DNA of 64,000 nucleotides from Syntrophobacterales bacterium (lineage in GTDB: Bacteria > Desulfobacterota > BSN033 > WVXP01 > G020346125). Positions 46,649-57,336 of this stretch are shown here, one piece after another. The stretch spans positions 1,565,147-1,629,146 of the forward strand of contig CP070774.1 in NCBI GenBank assembly GCA_020346125.1, written 5' to 3'. A program made the translations under genes and the position numbers. Position 1 is the stretch's first letter; each line of letters begins with the position of its first letter. The notes beneath the pieces are model-generated. The model saw only the letters and a program-made list of their open reading frames with translations. It was not told the DNA's origin and searched no databases.

Positions 46649-48358
46649 ATGGCAATATTAGGATCGTTTACATTTGTTCTCCACTCCCATTTGCCCTACG
46701 TCCTTTCCCATGGAACCTGGCCTCACGGCATGGATTGGTTGAATGAGGCAGCCTCCGAGACGTATATTCCCCTCCTCGAGGTGTTTAATCGGTTGGTCGA
46801 TGAAGGCCATTCGCCTAAGGTGGTGGTGTCTATTTCTCCCGTGTTGGCCGAGCAGCTCGGCGACCCAACTTTTCAGGATGGATTGAGGGGCTATTTGAAG
46901 AATAAGATTGATGCAGCCAAGGAAGATGGAGCGCAGTTTACAAGATGGAATCAACCCAATATGAAAAGACTTTCCGAGATGTGGAAAGACTATTTCACCA
47001 ATGTTTTGGATCTCTTTGAAGATAAATACCGCGGCAACCTGATCGCCGCTTTCAAGAGGCTCCAGGATATGGGAGCCATTGAGGTTATCACCTGCGCGGG
47101 AACCCATGGTTATCTCCCCCTCCTCGGCGAAGATTCAGCAATTAAGGCCCAGATCAGAGTTGGGGTAGAGACCTACGAGAAATACTTTAACCGACATCCC
47201 AGGGGAATTTGGTTGCCCGAGTGTGCCTATCGGCCCAGATATCAATGGAGGTACCCTCTCGATGGGTTTGGGGATGAGAGGATGAGAAAGGGCATTGAGG
47301 AATTTCTCCATGAGGATGGAATCGAATATTTCGTCGTCGATTCACATCTTTTAAAGGGGGGAAAGGCCATCGGGGTTTATATCCACCGTTTCGAAGCCTT
47401 GAAGCAGCTCTGGAAACAGTTCGAGAGGGAGTACGTCGTTGAGGCGAAGGGGATTGAGAAGTCTCCTTACCGAGTTTACCTCGTCAGCTCGTCTCCGGGT
47501 GGGGAGAAGCCAGTCGCCGTCTTCACCAGGGACCCGGAGACGGGAATTCAGGTCTGGAGCGGAGAGTGGGGTTATCCGGGAGACGGGCACTATCTGGACT
47601 TTCATAAGAAACATTTCCCCGGGGGGCATCGATACTGGAGGGTAACCAGCGCCAAAACTGACCTCGGCCATAAGGAAGAATACAACCCTGAATGGGTGGA
47701 AGAGCGGATAAGGGAAAATGCGAGCCACTTTAAGGATCTGGTAAAGCGGATTTTGAGTAGGCATAAACAGGAGTCGGGGAGGTCAGGAATCGTCAGCGCC
47801 CCCTTCGATTGCGAGCTCCTTGGCCATTGGTGGTTCGAAGGCCCCCAATGGCTCTACTACGTCTTAAAGTGGATGGATATGGACCCGGAGATGGAGCTCA
47901 CGACGTGTGGGGAGTATCTGGACAGCGATCCTCCACAACAGATCATCGCACTCCCCGAAGGATCGTGGGGCGAGGGGGGATTCCACTGGATATGGCTCAA
48001 TGAATGGACGAAATGGACGTGGGAGCTCATTTACGAGGCTGAGGCGAAGATGAAGGAGGTTGTTCAAAAGCACGCCAAAACTTCCGACTCCGATCTCTTA
48101 CGGCTCCTTCGACAGATGGCCAGGGAGCTTTTGCTTTTGGAGAGCTCTGATTGGCAATTTCTCATCAGCACATGGAGCGCACGGGATTATGCCGAACTCC
48201 GGGTACGGGAACATTATGAGGATTTCATGAGACTGTATAACCTCGTTCAAAAACTCGAGCGAGGTGTTAAACTTCACATTGGCGATTGGGAATTTCTCGG
48301 GGACTGCGAAAATCGGGATAGCCTATTCGCGGATATCGATGTTGGCTGGTGGGCGTGA
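46649..48358 (+). CDS. GH57-family 1,4-alpha-glucan branching enzyme
   Basis: FTFVLHSHLPYV N-terminus and the GH57 pattern (WLPECAY, ELLGHWWFEG). GAGGAG lies 9 nt before the ATG at 46649. Confidence 0.9.
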   Translation: MAILGSFTFVLHSHLPYVLSHGTWPHGMDWLNEAASETYIPLLEVFNRLVDEGHSPKVVVSISPVLAEQLGDPTFQDGLRGYLKNKIDAAKEDGAQFTRWNQPNMKRLSEMWKDYFTNVLDLFEDKYRGNLIAAFKRLQDMGAIEVITCAGTHGYLPLLGEDSAIKAQIRVGVETYEKYFNRHPRGIWLPECAYRPRYQWRYPLDGFGDERMRKGIEEFLHEDGIEYFVVDSHLLKGGKAIGVYIHRFEALKQLWKQFEREYVVEAKGIEKSPYRVYLVSSSPGGEKPVAVFTRDPETGIQVWSGEWGYPGDGHYLDFHKKHFPGGHRYWRVTSAKTDLGHKEEYNPEWVEERIRENASHFKDLVKRILSRHKQESGRSGIVSAPFDCELLGHWWFEGPQWLYYVLKWMDMDPEMELTTCGEYLDSDPPQQIIALPEGSWGEGGFHWIWLNEWTKWTWELIYEAEAKMKEVVQKHAKTSDSDLLRLLRQMARELLLLESSDWQFLISTWSARDYAELRVREHYEDFMRLYNLVQKLERGVKLHIGDWEFLGDCENRDSLFADIDVGWWA

Positions 48359-48460
48359 ATGTGGAGGTCAATCGCCTTCATAGAGCGGCGGCCACTGTTC
48401 TGCATCGGTCAATCAAAGAGGACTTCGGTTGACAGGATCGGGAGGAAGGTGGCCGATAGA

Positions 48461-48955
48461 TCATCGGAACAAGTAGGTACGGATGATGAGGTAAGCGATA
48501 TAAGCCGAGAGGATTAATAGGCCAGCGATGATTCCCTTTTGGAATAATATCCTCCTTCCCGGAGAAAGGGTGTCTAGATAATCGGACAAATTACGAAGAT
48601 CCTTATCCGAGGTGTAGGCGAAACACAACCTGGCGTACACCTTATTTTTTAGCTCTTCGATTGCAAGAATCCTTCCCTTGCACTGTATTCTGATGCCATT
48701 TGTAAGAATGGCGAAAACCATGGACTCACCAACGCGTAAATCGAAATTGGCCTCCACTTTCAATCCGCCCAGACTGATATTAATAGTTTGCATGGTCATC
48801 TGTCTCCCGTAGCGGAAACAGACGGCAGTTTTCATCACGGGATACCGGGGAAATTTCCGCTTTTCATAGATGGCTTGGGTCTTTCCCGAATATCCATTGG
48901 CGAAATGTTTTACCCCCCGAAGGGAGACATTCATGTCTCTATGTCCTTTTATCAT
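48461..48955 (-). CDS. PilZ-domain protein with C-terminal TM anchor
   Basis: RKFPR (RxxxR) and NISLGGL (D/NxSxxG) c-di-GMP-binding motifs. Hydrophobic C-terminus. Confidence 0.7.
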   Translation of the reverse strand: MIKGHRDMNVSLRGVKHFANGYSGKTQAIYEKRKFPRYPVMKTAVCFRYGRQMTMQTINISLGGLKVEANFDLRVGESMVFAILTNGIRIQCKGRILAIEELKNKVYARLCFAYTSDKDLRNLSDYLDTLSPGRRILFQKGIIAGLLILSAYIAYLIIRTYLFR

Positions 48956-49344
48956 CCAGGTCTTAAGGCCCCAGATACGGGTTACAGTGATATGATATCG
49001 ATTTTGAAGAGCTGGCCTTCCCTCTATCGAAACCTATATAAAACTGAGGTACTCTTGTCAAAGGAATTTCTGGCCCATATCGGGGAATATGAAACAAGTG
49101 GCTTTTATTTCCGGGAAATTTCAGACTCATATTTCCAATTTCACGTAAATCAGCCTTGTACTGGGGAGGTTCAAATGAGGGACAAGTGAATGCCTTGACA
49201 ATCAACGGCAGTAATGGTAGGAAATAAACTAAGTATTTGTTATTAAAAGCAAACTGAATTTGAATAGAGATCCCCTCACGGGATTTGGCTCAATGAACCG
49301 GAACATTTCCTCGATGTATTTCTGTCAAAAACCCTTTGGATGGA

Positions 49345-50808
49345 ATGGTAGGGTATCAATTAGAGATGGGTGGTAGGTTAAACCAGTTAAGGGATTTCTT
49401 CACCTCTCGGAGGCTGGTCGTCGTCTCCAACCGACTTCCCTATAACCCCTCTCGAACCTCCGGGGGAATTCGTTATGTTAAGGGAAGCGGCGGTTTAGTC
49501 ACGGCCTTGGATCCCATTCTTCGGCTTTCCAACGGCCTGTGGATTGGTTGGGACGGAGGGACTGGGGCCCCCATAAAGGGGAGACGGGTTACCATTTCCG
49601 AACCTGAAGGCGAAGGGAGCTATCAACTCCGGTTCGTCGATTTGACGGAGAAGGAGATCAGCCACTATTACTACAGTTTTTCCAACAGGACGCTTTGGCC
49701 ACTATTCCATAACTTCATTGGGAAGAGCAATTTCAATAGTGCCCATTGGAAGACGTACTTCAAGACCAATGCCTATTTTGCAGGGACAATCTTGGAGGAG
49801 GCCAATCCATCGGATATCATCTGGATTCAGGACTATCACCTCTCCCTGGTTCCCAATTTCATCCGTTACCAGAATCCTGAATTAAGTCCTTACTTCTTCC
49901 TCCATACGCCCTTTCCCCCCTATGATACATTCCGTGTCCTCCCCTGGTGCAAGCCGATCCTGGAAGGATTTTTGGGAAGCGAGAAGATCGGCTTTCACGT
50001 AAAGGGCTACGCCGATAACTTCCTCGACTGTGTTCAGAAGATCCTCAACGTCAACGTGGATAGGGAATCTGGGATTATCGAGCTAGAGGAAAGGAACGTC
50101 AAGGTGGGCGCGCATCCCATCAGCATCGACTATGACGCATTTCACGATATGGCGCTGGCGAAACGGGTGACCAAACGAGTCGAAAAACACCGCAGGAGAA
50201 TTGGAGATCGAGTAATAATCTTAGGAGTGGACCGATTAGACTACACCAAGGGGATAAAGGAGAGGCTTTTGGCAGTCGAACGATTTCTGGAGAAACACGG
50301 CAAGTTTAGAAATAGGATCCTCTTCATCCAGGTAGCCGTACCCAGCCGCACGAGGGTCGATGAATACCGGATAATGAAGAAAGAGATTGACGAAACCATT
50401 GGCCGCATCAACGGGCGATTTACGGGAGAAGGATGGCCTCCCATCCATTATATTTACCGATCGCTTTCTCGTGAAGAATTGGTGGCTTATTACCGGCTTG
50501 CCGACATCGCCCTCATTACACCAGGACGTGATGGCATGAACCTCATTGCCAAGGAATATATAGCTTCGCAAGTGGATAAGGATGGTGTATTAGTATTGAG
50601 CGAATTCGCAGGCGCTGCCGATGAGCTGACCGAGGCCCTATTGGTAAACCCATATGATATTCAGACCGTCTCCGAGACGATCTATAAGGCCATTAGGATG
50701 TCTTCGAGGGAGAAAAGGAGACGCGTGGAAAAAATGCAAGATCTGGGAAAGAGGAGGGATATCTACCACTGGGTGAGGGATTTCTTCGGGGAAATTGATC
50801 AGCTATGA
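49345..50808 (+). CDS. otsA: alpha,alpha-trehalose-phosphate synthase (GT20)
   Basis: [37 protein letters not shown]. Start ambiguous (49336 TTG, 49345 or 49366 ATG). Confidence 0.9.
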   Translation: MVGYQLEMGGRLNQLRDFFTSRRLVVVSNRLPYNPSRTSGGIRYVKGSGGLVTALDPILRLSNGLWIGWDGGTGAPIKGRRVTISEPEGEGSYQLRFVDLTEKEISHYYYSFSNRTLWPLFHNFIGKSNFNSAHWKTYFKTNAYFAGTILEEANPSDIIWIQDYHLSLVPNFIRYQNPELSPYFFLHTPFPPYDTFRVLPWCKPILEGFLGSEKIGFHVKGYADNFLDCVQKILNVNVDRESGIIELEERNVKVGAHPISIDYDAFHDMALAKRVTKRVEKHRRRIGDRVIILGVDRLDYTKGIKERLLAVERFLEKHGKFRNRILFIQVAVPSRTRVDEYRIMKKEIDETIGRINGRFTGEGWPPIHYIYRSLSREELVAYYRLADIALITPGRDGMNLIAKEYIASQVDKDGVLVLSEFAGAADELTEALLVNPYDIQTVSETIYKAIRMSSREKRRRVEKMQDLGKRRDIYHWVRDFFGEIDQL

Positions 50809-51638
50809 GGAGTCAGGACTTCCCTCCCCACATGAGTTTCTCGGGGATGAAATACCTGTTCGATGAGAAGGACGGCGTCATTGATGAGGTTAGGGCTCAG
50901 GATCGGCGGGCCTTCTTTTTAGATTATGATGGAACCCTAACTCCTATCGTGAGGGATCCCCACAAAGCCTTCCTTTCTCCCGAACACAGAAGGATTATCG
51001 CTTCACTCCTTGGAAACGAGAACAATCTCGTCTGCGTTATCAGTGGAAGGGCCATCGAACAGCTGGAGGCGTTCATTGGCCTCAAGGGCCTCATCCTGGC
51101 AGGAAATCACGGCATGGAAATAGCCGGCCCCGATATTTCCTATGTGAATGATGTTGCAATTAGGACGAAACCCCGTTTACGGGAAATAGCCGAAATGTTG
51201 AAGAAGAAGCTGAGCGATTTCGAAGGCGTCCTGGTTGAGGATAAAGGGCTTACGGTGAGCGTGCACTATAGAATGCTACCGGTTAAGCGTCACGATAGTT
51301 TGAAGGAGTCCTTTTATCGGGAGATGGAGAAGTTCTTAGCCTCCAATACGGTTATCGTTACACGGGGAAATAGGGTTTTTGAGGTGAGGCCCAATGTGAT
51401 CTGGCATAAGGGATCTGCGGTGAAATGGATATTGGGCTCCCTGTCGGGTCGCCATTGTAAGGTGAGGCCTTTTCCCATTTATATGGGAGATGACGAGACG
51501 GACGAGGATGCCTTCAATGAACTAAAAGGTCTGGGGCTAACCATCCTGGTTTCACCTCGAAAAAGGGCGAGTGAAGCGTGCTATTTCATCAGGAGCGTGG
51601 AGGAAACCTATCAATTCCTTGAATGTTTTGCCCACTAA
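50805..51638 (+). CDS. otsB: trehalose-phosphatase (HAD)
   Basis: FLDYDGTLTPIV, SGR, GDDETDEDAF. ATGA overlap with the otsA stop. Confidence 0.9.
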   Translation: MRSQDFPPHMSFSGMKYLFDEKDGVIDEVRAQDRRAFFLDYDGTLTPIVRDPHKAFLSPEHRRIIASLLGNENNLVCVISGRAIEQLEAFIGLKGLILAGNHGMEIAGPDISYVNDVAIRTKPRLREIAEMLKKKLSDFEGVLVEDKGLTVSVHYRMLPVKRHDSLKESFYREMEKFLASNTVIVTRGNRVFEVRPNVIWHKGSAVKWILGSLSGRHCKVRPFPIYMGDDETDEDAFNELKGLGLTILVSPRKRASEACYFIRSVEETYQFLECFAH

Positions 51639-51771
51639 CGATTAATCCACACGATATTGTGGGATCTTATACGGCAGGGTTTTTTCAGGCAGACGTATGA
51701 GGAGGGGGAATTTAGACAATCGTGTATTCACTGGTGGAAGGTAACAATCAGGTTTGGAGACGATAGATTTT

Positions 51772-53283
51772 TCACCCGGAGAAGGTTCCTGCACGTGGTT
51801 TCCCTACCGGAATTAATTTCCTTTTAGCCCTCGCTCTTCTGTAGAGGTCCATATACTCTTTGGCCGCCCTTTGCCAGGAGAAATCGGCCTTCATTCCCCG
51901 AATTATCAACCTCTTCCACGTTTCTCCATCCCGATATACAGCCAATGCCCTTCGGACAGTATCGAGGAAATCCCTCGCGTCATAGCTTTGGAATTTAAAC
52001 CCCGTCCCTTCCCCGGTTTTGGGGTCGTAATCCTGAATGGTATCATCAAGGCCGCCGGCTGCCCTGACAAGGGGAACCGTTCCATACTTGAGGCTATACA
52101 TCTGATTGAGCCCGCAGGGCTCATATCTGGAAGGCATGAGGAAGATATCCGATCCCGCCTCGATCTTGTGTGCCAGGGTATTGTCATAGGCGATCTTGAT
52201 GCCCGCCTTTTTTGGATATTCCTTGGCGATGCTTTTGAAGAGCTTGTGGTACTTCTCATCCCCCGTTCCCAACAGGACGAAGCCGAGATCCATCTTCATG
52301 AGGTCTTCCATGATTTCGGCCAGGAGATCGAGCCCCTTCTGATCCGCCAAGCGGGAGATGATGGCCAGGAGGGGGAGCTTCTTTAATGACCCCGGAAGGT
52401 TAAATTCTGCCAGAAGATCTTCCTTACATTTTGCCTTTCCCGAGAGATCCTTTTCGTCGTAGTTGGCCGCAATGAGGGGATCGGTCTTGGGATTCCACTC
52501 GCCGTAATCAGCCCCATTGAGGATGCCGTAAAGGTCATTGCTTCTATCCCGAAGAACACCTTCCATTCCATAGCCGAATTCCGGTGTCTGTATCTCACGG
52601 CTATATGCATGACTCACGGTATTGACGACGTCGGAAAAGACGATGCCGGCCTTTAGGAGGTTGATCTTTCCCCAGTATTCCATTCCTCCCGGATGATAAA
52701 CTTCCATGGGAAGTCCCGTGACACCCAACTTCTTCTCATCGAATATCCCTTGGTAAGCGATGTTATGAATGGTGAATACAGAAAAAGTTCCTGAGAAGAA
52801 GGGGTCTTTCCTATATAGAGTCCTTAAATAGGCGGGAATGAGGGCAGTCTGCCAGTCGTTACAGTGAAACACATGAGGTTGGAAATCGAGCATCTTGCAG
52901 AGAATGAAGGCCATCCTGGAAAAATAGACGAATCGTTCCATATTGTCGAAGTAATCGCCCTTGGACGTTCCATAGAGGAATTCCCGGTCAAAAAACTCAT
53001 CCTTGTTAATGAGATAGAGGGGAACGCCCCCGTCCGCTTCAGCCGAAAAGATGGAGTCGTTCAGGACCTCTCCGAAAAGGGGTATCTCCACGTCTTCAAA
53101 GATCACCTTGACTTGAAAGTCCCCCTTCTTGGTCATTCGATAGTAGGGCATGGCCACACGGATATCACAGCCCAGTCCCTTGATTGACTTTGGCAGCGAA
53201 CCGGCAACATCGGCCAGCCCTCCTGTTTTGGCGAAGGGGAACACTTCAGGCGAAAGCAAAAGGACTCTTAACGATTCGGCCAT
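51772..53283 (-). CDS. glgA: glycogen synthase (GT5)
   Basis: FAKTGGLADVAGSLP. Start at MAESLRV (ATG 53283) with AAGGAG upstream. The track ORF extension to 53322 would overlap pyk. Confidence 0.9.
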   Translation of the reverse strand: MAESLRVLLLSPEVFPFAKTGGLADVAGSLPKSIKGLGCDIRVAMPYYRMTKKGDFQVKVIFEDVEIPLFGEVLNDSIFSAEADGGVPLYLINKDEFFDREFLYGTSKGDYFDNMERFVYFSRMAFILCKMLDFQPHVFHCNDWQTALIPAYLRTLYRKDPFFSGTFSVFTIHNIAYQGIFDEKKLGVTGLPMEVYHPGGMEYWGKINLLKAGIVFSDVVNTVSHAYSREIQTPEFGYGMEGVLRDRSNDLYGILNGADYGEWNPKTDPLIAANYDEKDLSGKAKCKEDLLAEFNLPGSLKKLPLLAIISRLADQKGLDLLAEIMEDLMKMDLGFVLLGTGDEKYHKLFKSIAKEYPKKAGIKIAYDNTLAHKIEAGSDIFLMPSRYEPCGLNQMYSLKYGTVPLVRAAGGLDDTIQDYDPKTGEGTGFKFQSYDARDFLDTVRRALAVYRDGETWKRLIIRGMKADFSWQRAAKEYMDLYRRARAKRKLIPVGKPRAGTFSG

Positions 53284-53318
53284 GGATATCTCCTTTGCAG
53301 TCGGGAAACTTCCCTCTC

Positions 53319-54731
53319 TCAATCAATGAGCGCTATTTTGATGGTATTGGTGTTTCCTGGAATGCCGATGGGAAGACCGGCTGTGAGAACGATTTTTTCT
53401 CCCTTCTTCGCAAAGTCCATTTCCATCGTTATCCGCTTTGCTTTCTCAATCATATCATCGGTGTCCTCGAATTTGTCTACCTTTATGGGGATAACACCCC
53501 AAGAGAGGTTCAACTGTTTGATGGTTTCCTCGTTTGGGCTCAACGCGATGATTGGATGGCTGGGCCGATGTCTCGAGACGAGCCGGGCCGTCATTCCCGA
53601 TTCCGTAGGGGTCACAATGGCCTTGGCATTCACCTCCCGAGCCAGAAGGCAGGCTCCGTAGCTTATGGCATCGGGTGTATAGCCTCGCCGATTATGGCCT
53701 CTGTTTTCGAAAAGCTCATATGGGAATCCCCCCTCAGAGGCCGTGGCGATGTTGGCCATGGTTTTCACTGACTCAATGGGGTAATTTCCCAAAGCCGTCT
53801 CCTCAGAAAGCATCAAGGCGTCAGTCCCGTCAAAAATGGCATTGGCAATATCGGTGACCTCTGCTCGTGTAGGCCTGGGATTGTTGACCATTGACCCCAG
53901 CATCTGGGTGGCCGTGACTACCGGTTTACTCAGCGCATTGGCCTTTCGGATGAGCATCTTCTGAACGAGGGGGACTTTTTCCAAAGGGGTTTCTACCCCG
54001 AGATCCCCTCGTGCAACCATAATGCCATCCACATCTTCCAATATGCCGTCGATATTGTCCAATGCCTTGCGGGTTTCTATTTTCGCAATGATGGGGATTT
54101 TTGAATCCTCCGATTCCATGATGTCCCTGACACCCTTGATATCCTCGGCCCTTCGTACATAGGAGAGGGCCACAAAGTCGATCCCCATCTTGATCCCAAA
54201 GATGAGGTTTCGCCGGTCATTTTCCGTTAAGGAGGGGATTTTAGAGGTTCCTGAGGGGAGATTGACGCCCTTACGGGATGAGATATGTCCACCGGCCATC
54301 ACCCGGCATCGAATATCCGTGGGGTTGGTTTCAACAACCTCCAGCTCCAGAGCACCGTCGTCGAGGAGAATCGCGTCCCCAGGATTAAGCTCCATAGGGA
54401 GATTCGTGTAGCTCACCGAGACCTGATGTTCATCCCCAGTTACGTCCCGGGTGGTGAGGGTGAACCAACTCCGGGGTTTTAGGATTGCGTAACCCTTTTG
54501 AAATACCCCAATTCTAATCTTGGGGCCGGCGAGATCCTGAAGGATGGACACATTTTTACTAAGTTCTTGGGATATCCTCCTGATCGATTCAATTTTGGAC
54601 TCATGTTCCTGAATGGTGCCATGGGAGAAATTTAGCCGGGCGACGTCCATGCCGGACCGGATCAATTCCTCAATGACCTCGGCCGACTCGCTGGCCGGAC
54701 CAATTGTGCAAACGATCTTGGTCTTACGCAT
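53319..54731 (-). CDS. pyk: pyruvate kinase
   Basis: MRKTKIVCTIGPAS, MVARGDLGVE, full-length pattern. Confidence 0.95.
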   Translation of the reverse strand: MRKTKIVCTIGPASESAEVIEELIRSGMDVARLNFSHGTIQEHESKIESIRRISQELSKNVSILQDLAGPKIRIGVFQKGYAILKPRSWFTLTTRDVTGDEHQVSVSYTNLPMELNPGDAILLDDGALELEVVETNPTDIRCRVMAGGHISSRKGVNLPSGTSKIPSLTENDRRNLIFGIKMGIDFVALSYVRRAEDIKGVRDIMESEDSKIPIIAKIETRKALDNIDGILEDVDGIMVARGDLGVETPLEKVPLVQKMLIRKANALSKPVVTATQMLGSMVNNPRPTRAEVTDIANAIFDGTDALMLSEETALGNYPIESVKTMANIATASEGGFPYELFENRGHNRRGYTPDAISYGACLLAREVNAKAIVTPTESGMTARLVSRHRPSHPIIALSPNEETIKQLNLSWGVIPIKVDKFEDTDDMIEKAKRITMEMDFAKKGEKIVLTAGLPIGIPGNTNTIKIALID

Positions 54732-54790
54732 GAGCGTGCCTGGTTTCTAAGAAAACCTTCAGAACAAAGTAATTCTTATGTTATTTCGAC

Positions 54791-54975
54791 ATCTCTGAAA
54801 AAGCTCGCTCATCGCTGCTCAAGAATATTTTTTCGACCATTCTAAAGTTCGCTTCACTGCAAATCCCAAACTCGCCCTCCGGGCTTAAACATAGGATTTG
54901 CAACCGTTTCGCTTTACTAAGAATGGTTACCGAAAAAATCTTTAATTCGCTCTCAGAGATCCCTTTTTCAGTTTT
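54791..54975. repeat. dispersed palindromic repeat, family 1, copy C (composite, nested)
   Basis: The outer arms match copy A in reverse orientation (ATCTCTGAAAAAGCTCGCTCATCGCTGCTCAAGAATATT ... TCGCTCTCAGAGATCCCTTTTTCAG). The interior carries a copy-D-type unit (CGACCATTCTAAAGTTCGCTT...TACTAAGAATGGTTACCGAAAAAATCTTTAAT). That unit is itself split by a GCAAATCC...GGATTTGC hairpin. Confidence 0.6.
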
Positions 54976-55106
54976 TGACTCATTTCATTTTATCAACACA
55001 GCATCAGCTTATTCATTAGTTCGTATTGGATCAATCTCTTTTTGACCGAACGGGAGTTATTGTACATGGGCTAACATTTTGCAATTTGGGTGAATTTATA
55101 TTCAAT

Positions 55107-56447
55107 TTATCCCACCAAGATCAACCGGAGGTCCATCACGTTAGTATTGGTAGGGCCGGTGGTGAGGAGATCTCCGAGTTCTTTGAAGAAGTGGTAAGAG
55201 TCATTATCCTCGAGATAAGCGGTGGCATCTAAACCCAGCTCGTGAGATCTCCTGATGGTTTCACCATCGGCTATCGCTCCGGCCGCATCCGTGGGACCAT
55301 CTGTGCCGTCAGTTCCCCCGCTGATGACAACGACGCTCCTCAATCCCTGGATACCCAAAGCCGAAGCGAGGGCGAATTCCTGATTTCTCCCCCCGAGGCC
55401 TTTCCCCCGAATGGTAACTGTGGTCTCCCCTCCGGAGATGAGACAGGCGGGCGGGTCGATGGGATGCCTCGTTTTTACGATTTCCTTTGCAATAGCCGCA
55501 TGGACTTTTGCCACCTCCCTGGTCTCTCCCTCTATGAAAGTGGAAAGGATGAGGGGTGTATATCCCAGTTCCCTTGCCCTTTGCTCCGCCGCTTTGACCG
55601 CGATGATATTACTTCCGATGATCACATTGTGAGTCTTTTCGAAGATGGGATTACCTGATTTGGGGGTTTCCTCGATTTCCCCCTTGATGCCCCGCTGAAT
55701 CCGGTCCTTAATGGACCCCGGGACTTTTCCCAAGAGATTATATTTTCTCAGGATGGCCATACACTCGCCAAAGGTGCTTTCGTCTGGAACGGTGGGTCCC
55801 GACGCAATCACGTCCAGCGGATCACCGATCACATCGGATAGCATTAAGGCAATAAGGGTGGATGGATAGGCAAGCCTGGCCAAGCCTCCACCCTTAAGGT
55901 TAGAAATGTGTTTCCGGATGGCATTGATCTCATTGATGTTCGCCCCACACTCCAGAAGGAGGTTGGTAATCTTCTGCTTGTCCTGGAGAGAGATTCCCTC
56001 GGCAGGAGAGGTTAACAGGGCGGATCCCCCTCCGGAGATGAGGCAAATCACCAGGTCAGTTTCATGCAGGTGCTCAAGCAATCCGACGATCTCCTGCGTC
56101 GCCATGACTCCATTTTCGTCCGGGATGGGATGGCCCGCTTCATTGAGTTTGACCCTTTTCAGTTCGGAGAGGTATCCGTATTTTACGTTAATAACCCCTT
56201 TTGTGATTCGATCGCCCAGGATCACCTCTATAGCTTGGGCCATAGAGGCCCCAGCTTTTCCGGCCCCGATGACGTAGATATTGGCATAATCTCGGAGGGA
56301 ATAGGTTTTTCCATCGACCCTGATAATTGCCCCTTCCAACTTCAGGTGCATCTTGACGGTTTCGACGGGATCCACCGCCTTCAGGGCATGGGTAAAGATT
56401 TCTATCCCATCGATTCTCAGTCGTTGGAGGTTTCTACCATCTGCCAT
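55107..56447 (-). CDS. glycerate 2-kinase (DUF4147/MOFRL, GckA/TtuD type)
   Basis: VIGAGKAG, ISGGGSAL, ISGGETTV and SGGTDGTDGPTD motifs. Confidence 0.85.
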   Translation of the reverse strand: MADGRNLQRLRIDGIEIFTHALKAVDPVETVKMHLKLEGAIIRVDGKTYSLRDYANIYVIGAGKAGASMAQAIEVILGDRITKGVINVKYGYLSELKRVKLNEAGHPIPDENGVMATQEIVGLLEHLHETDLVICLISGGGSALLTSPAEGISLQDKQKITNLLLECGANINEINAIRKHISNLKGGGLARLAYPSTLIALMLSDVIGDPLDVIASGPTVPDESTFGECMAILRKYNLLGKVPGSIKDRIQRGIKGEIEETPKSGNPIFEKTHNVIIGSNIIAVKAAEQRARELGYTPLILSTFIEGETREVAKVHAAIAKEIVKTRHPIDPPACLISGGETTVTIRGKGLGGRNQEFALASALGIQGLRSVVVISGGTDGTDGPTDAAGAIADGETIRRSHELGLDATAYLEDNDSYHFFKELGDLLTTGPTNTNVMDLRLILVG

Positions 56448-56480
56448 GACTTACTTCGCTCATCGGGGTCGAGGAACGGA

Positions 56481-56831
56481 TTATGTGGTGGAGATCACCT
56501 CCGTATCCGTTGTCCCCTCCTCCAGGGCCGGCGCTTCGTACTCCCCGGAGATTTGAGCCTCTTGAGCCATTTTCAACTTCTCCTCCAATTCCCCCTTTGA
56601 TTTGTGGAGTTTTCTGACGGTGTTTTTTAGGTTGAGGCGGCTGCCAAACCCGACGAGGGTTCCCACCACGATGCCGACGAAGAAGGGAATGAATATAAGA
56701 AGGTACATATCAAAGGGTGGGGTCTCCAAGCCAAAATAGTAGGAAATGGTGATGGGTTGGGTGTTGTTCTTCGCGAAGGAAACCGCTAGGATGATAACCA
56801 AAACGAGGATGACGAGTTTAAGGTAGTTCAT
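56481..56831 (-). CDS. LapA-domain (DUF1049) membrane protein, copy 2
   Basis: Two TM helices with the LapA-type pattern and a charged coiled tail. The ATG at 56831 has a G-rich SD; alternative ATG at 56849. Confidence 0.6.
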   Translation of the reverse strand: MNYLKLVILVLVIILAVSFAKNNTQPITISYYFGLETPPFDMYLLIFIPFFVGIVVGTLVGFGSRLNLKNTVRKLHKSKGELEEKLKMAQEAQISGEYEAPALEEGTTDTEVISTT

Positions 56832-56952
56832 AGCTCTTCCCCCCTTCATGTGGGTTGAATAACGATTGTTTTCATCAAAAGGGAAATAATAAAAGAGCCA
56901 AGAGGGGAACCCTTGGGCTCTTCTAAAAATGGTCGATCCCAGAGAGAAGACG

Positions 56953-57297
56953 TTATCCCTTTTTCGCCCTGGGCCTTTTCGGTTTAGGGGGTTCTTCCTC
57001 AGGGGGTTTTTCCTCAGAGGGCTTCTCCTCAGGAGGTTTTTCCTCGAGCTTTCCCCTTAAGATCTTTTCCAGCCGGTCAATAGCATCAGCTGTCCTGTCC
57101 CTGAGGGATTCCGTGACCGAGCTTAGCGTTTCAATCTGTTCCTTTAAGCCAACCTCCGCGCGGCCCTTGAGGGATTCCATGGTTGAGGACAGGGAATCGA
57201 CTGTCTTCCTCATCTCCCTTGTCCCCCCGGTCCTCTGGTAAGCCAGGATGGAAATGATCAGGGCGATAATGGCGATGATAAAGGTGACAACCAACAT
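56953..57297 (-). CDS. N-terminally anchored coiled-coil protein with IIAIIAL..SI..YQRTGG motif, copy 2 (Pro/Glu/Lys repeat tail)
   Basis: Paralogue of 57600..57887. The tail EEKPPEEKPSEEKPPEEEPP is encoded by a 15-nt tandem repeat at about 56990-57050. Confidence 0.5.
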   Translation of the reverse strand: MLVVTFIIAIIALIISILAYQRTGGTREMRKTVDSLSSTMESLKGRAEVGLKEQIETLSSVTESLRDRTADAIDRLEKILRGKLEEKPPEEKPSEEKPPEEEPPKPKRPRAKKG

Positions 57298-57336
57298 TAA
57301 ACTATCCTCCCTTTCACGAATGCTCTCACTAATGGT

